Shown: piece by piece, positions 63,363-64,000 of the stretch | Layout: the number at the start of each line of letters is the position of its first letter | Position numbering within the stretch: the stretch's first letter is position 1 | From: Bigelowiella natans CCMP2755 | Lineage: Eukaryota > Protista > Cercozoa | Length of the DNA stretch: 64,000 bases | Direction of reading: 5' to 3' | Assembly: GCA_000320545.1 (NCBI GenBank) | Contig: ADNK01000427.1 | Span: 240,264 to 304,263, forward strand | The notes under the pieces: model-generated | What the model saw: only the letters and a program-made list of their open reading frames with translations | What the model was told of the DNA's origin: nothing | The model's database searches: none | Program-made: the position numbers and the translations under genes

Positions 63363-64000
63363 TATATATATACATACTCTTCGTCTTCTTCTTCTTCTAC
63401 TTCTTCTTCTTCATCATTGTGTTGTGGTTTATGACATGAGAATGCTGCTTCCATGCCCTCTCCCCCTCCTCCAAATCATCCTCTCCTATATGTTGGTCGC
63501 GAAAAGAAGAGGATGTGCTCAAGGATGTGACTTAACTTGTTATCGTATTTGATGATGTTTGTTGTTGTTGTTGTTGCTGCTGCTGCTGTGTGCGGTGATA
63601 GGCGGGAGTATCCCCTCACCATGTATCCAAGCTTGTGAGTCAGATATTTTGGTAAGAATAGTAGTAATCGTAGTAATACTATTAGTAGTATCAGGGTTAG
63701 ATATTGCAAGGGGCAATGCTTTCACTAGTTGTGTCAATCAAGGTGTGATGAGTTGTTTCTCCAAAAACACAAGTAGCCTTCCCATGCTGCAGCATAAGTG
63801 ATGTCCTTCCTCCCCCCCCTCCTCCCCGCCTCCCTTCAAAGCCAAATGCTGTTCGTGGACGGCTTCGTTCATTGCGACCCGCATCCAGTGAGTAGTAGTA
63901 ATAGGATAGATAAGAGGGAGGAAACGATGATAGGACGAGAGGGGGAAAGACACGCAAGAGGGGGGGGGGAGGGGGAAAACCAATGAAGCAGCATGTGAGG
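60397..64000 (+). CDS. ADCK1: ABC1/UbiB atypical kinase, ADCK1-like; continues beyond window
   Basis: Arg-rich transit-peptide-like start; IYSDYRWSL; NGGIYIKIGQ; VFRDEFG; FSEQPLASASLAQVHVA; AVKI; RELNFLQE; MLFVDGFVHCDPHP. Confidence 0.88.

Noticed and set aside
1-64000. Prokaryotic, organellar or nucleomorph origin; rRNA, tRNA, CRISPR, autonomous transposon or viral insert
   Set aside because: Spliceosomal introns of ~50 nt and longer with typical nuclear genes throughout; no such RNA genes, arrays, transposase, RT or capsid motifs recognised by eye.

Overview
Intron-rich eukaryotic nuclear DNA from a protist. The short GT-AG introns, microsatellite-filled introns and compact head-to-head gene pairs would fit a chlorarachniophyte/rhizarian such as Bigelowiella, but that taxon call is a guess. 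The ORF track mostly shows exon fragments and repeat artefacts, so I spliced gene models by hand. About 16 protein-coding genes are present: a Calx-beta + voltage-sensor membrane protein (runs off the left edge), Elongin C, a membrane-anchored GST-like protein, a lipocalin-like orphan, a GDA1/CD39 apyrase, an ankyrin protein, a SAP-motif protein, a 4-TM orphan, a PPTC7-type PP2C with a cadherin-like beta-sandwich, an ~11.7-kb DOCK GEF, a PCGF/BMI1 RING-RAWUL protein, an extended RTF2, an ankyrin + JMJD8-like JmjC protein, an ADCK1/ABC1 kinase (runs off the right edge) and two hypotheticals. Non-coding features include a 165-bp hAT-type MITE with a perfect 8-bp TSD and a TpA-depleted putative pseudogene. 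The most interesting signals are two. (1) The membrane module of the protist ion-channel/adenylyl-cyclase family, carrying an N-terminal Calx-beta domain and followed by a large repeat-containing region where the cyclase normally sits. (2) An apparent TpA->TpG/CpA mutational signature, seemingly sparing CTAG, concentrated downstream of gene 3' ends and in dead sequence. No rRNA, tRNA or CRISPR array was recognised. Multi-exon gene boundaries are approximate where stated.
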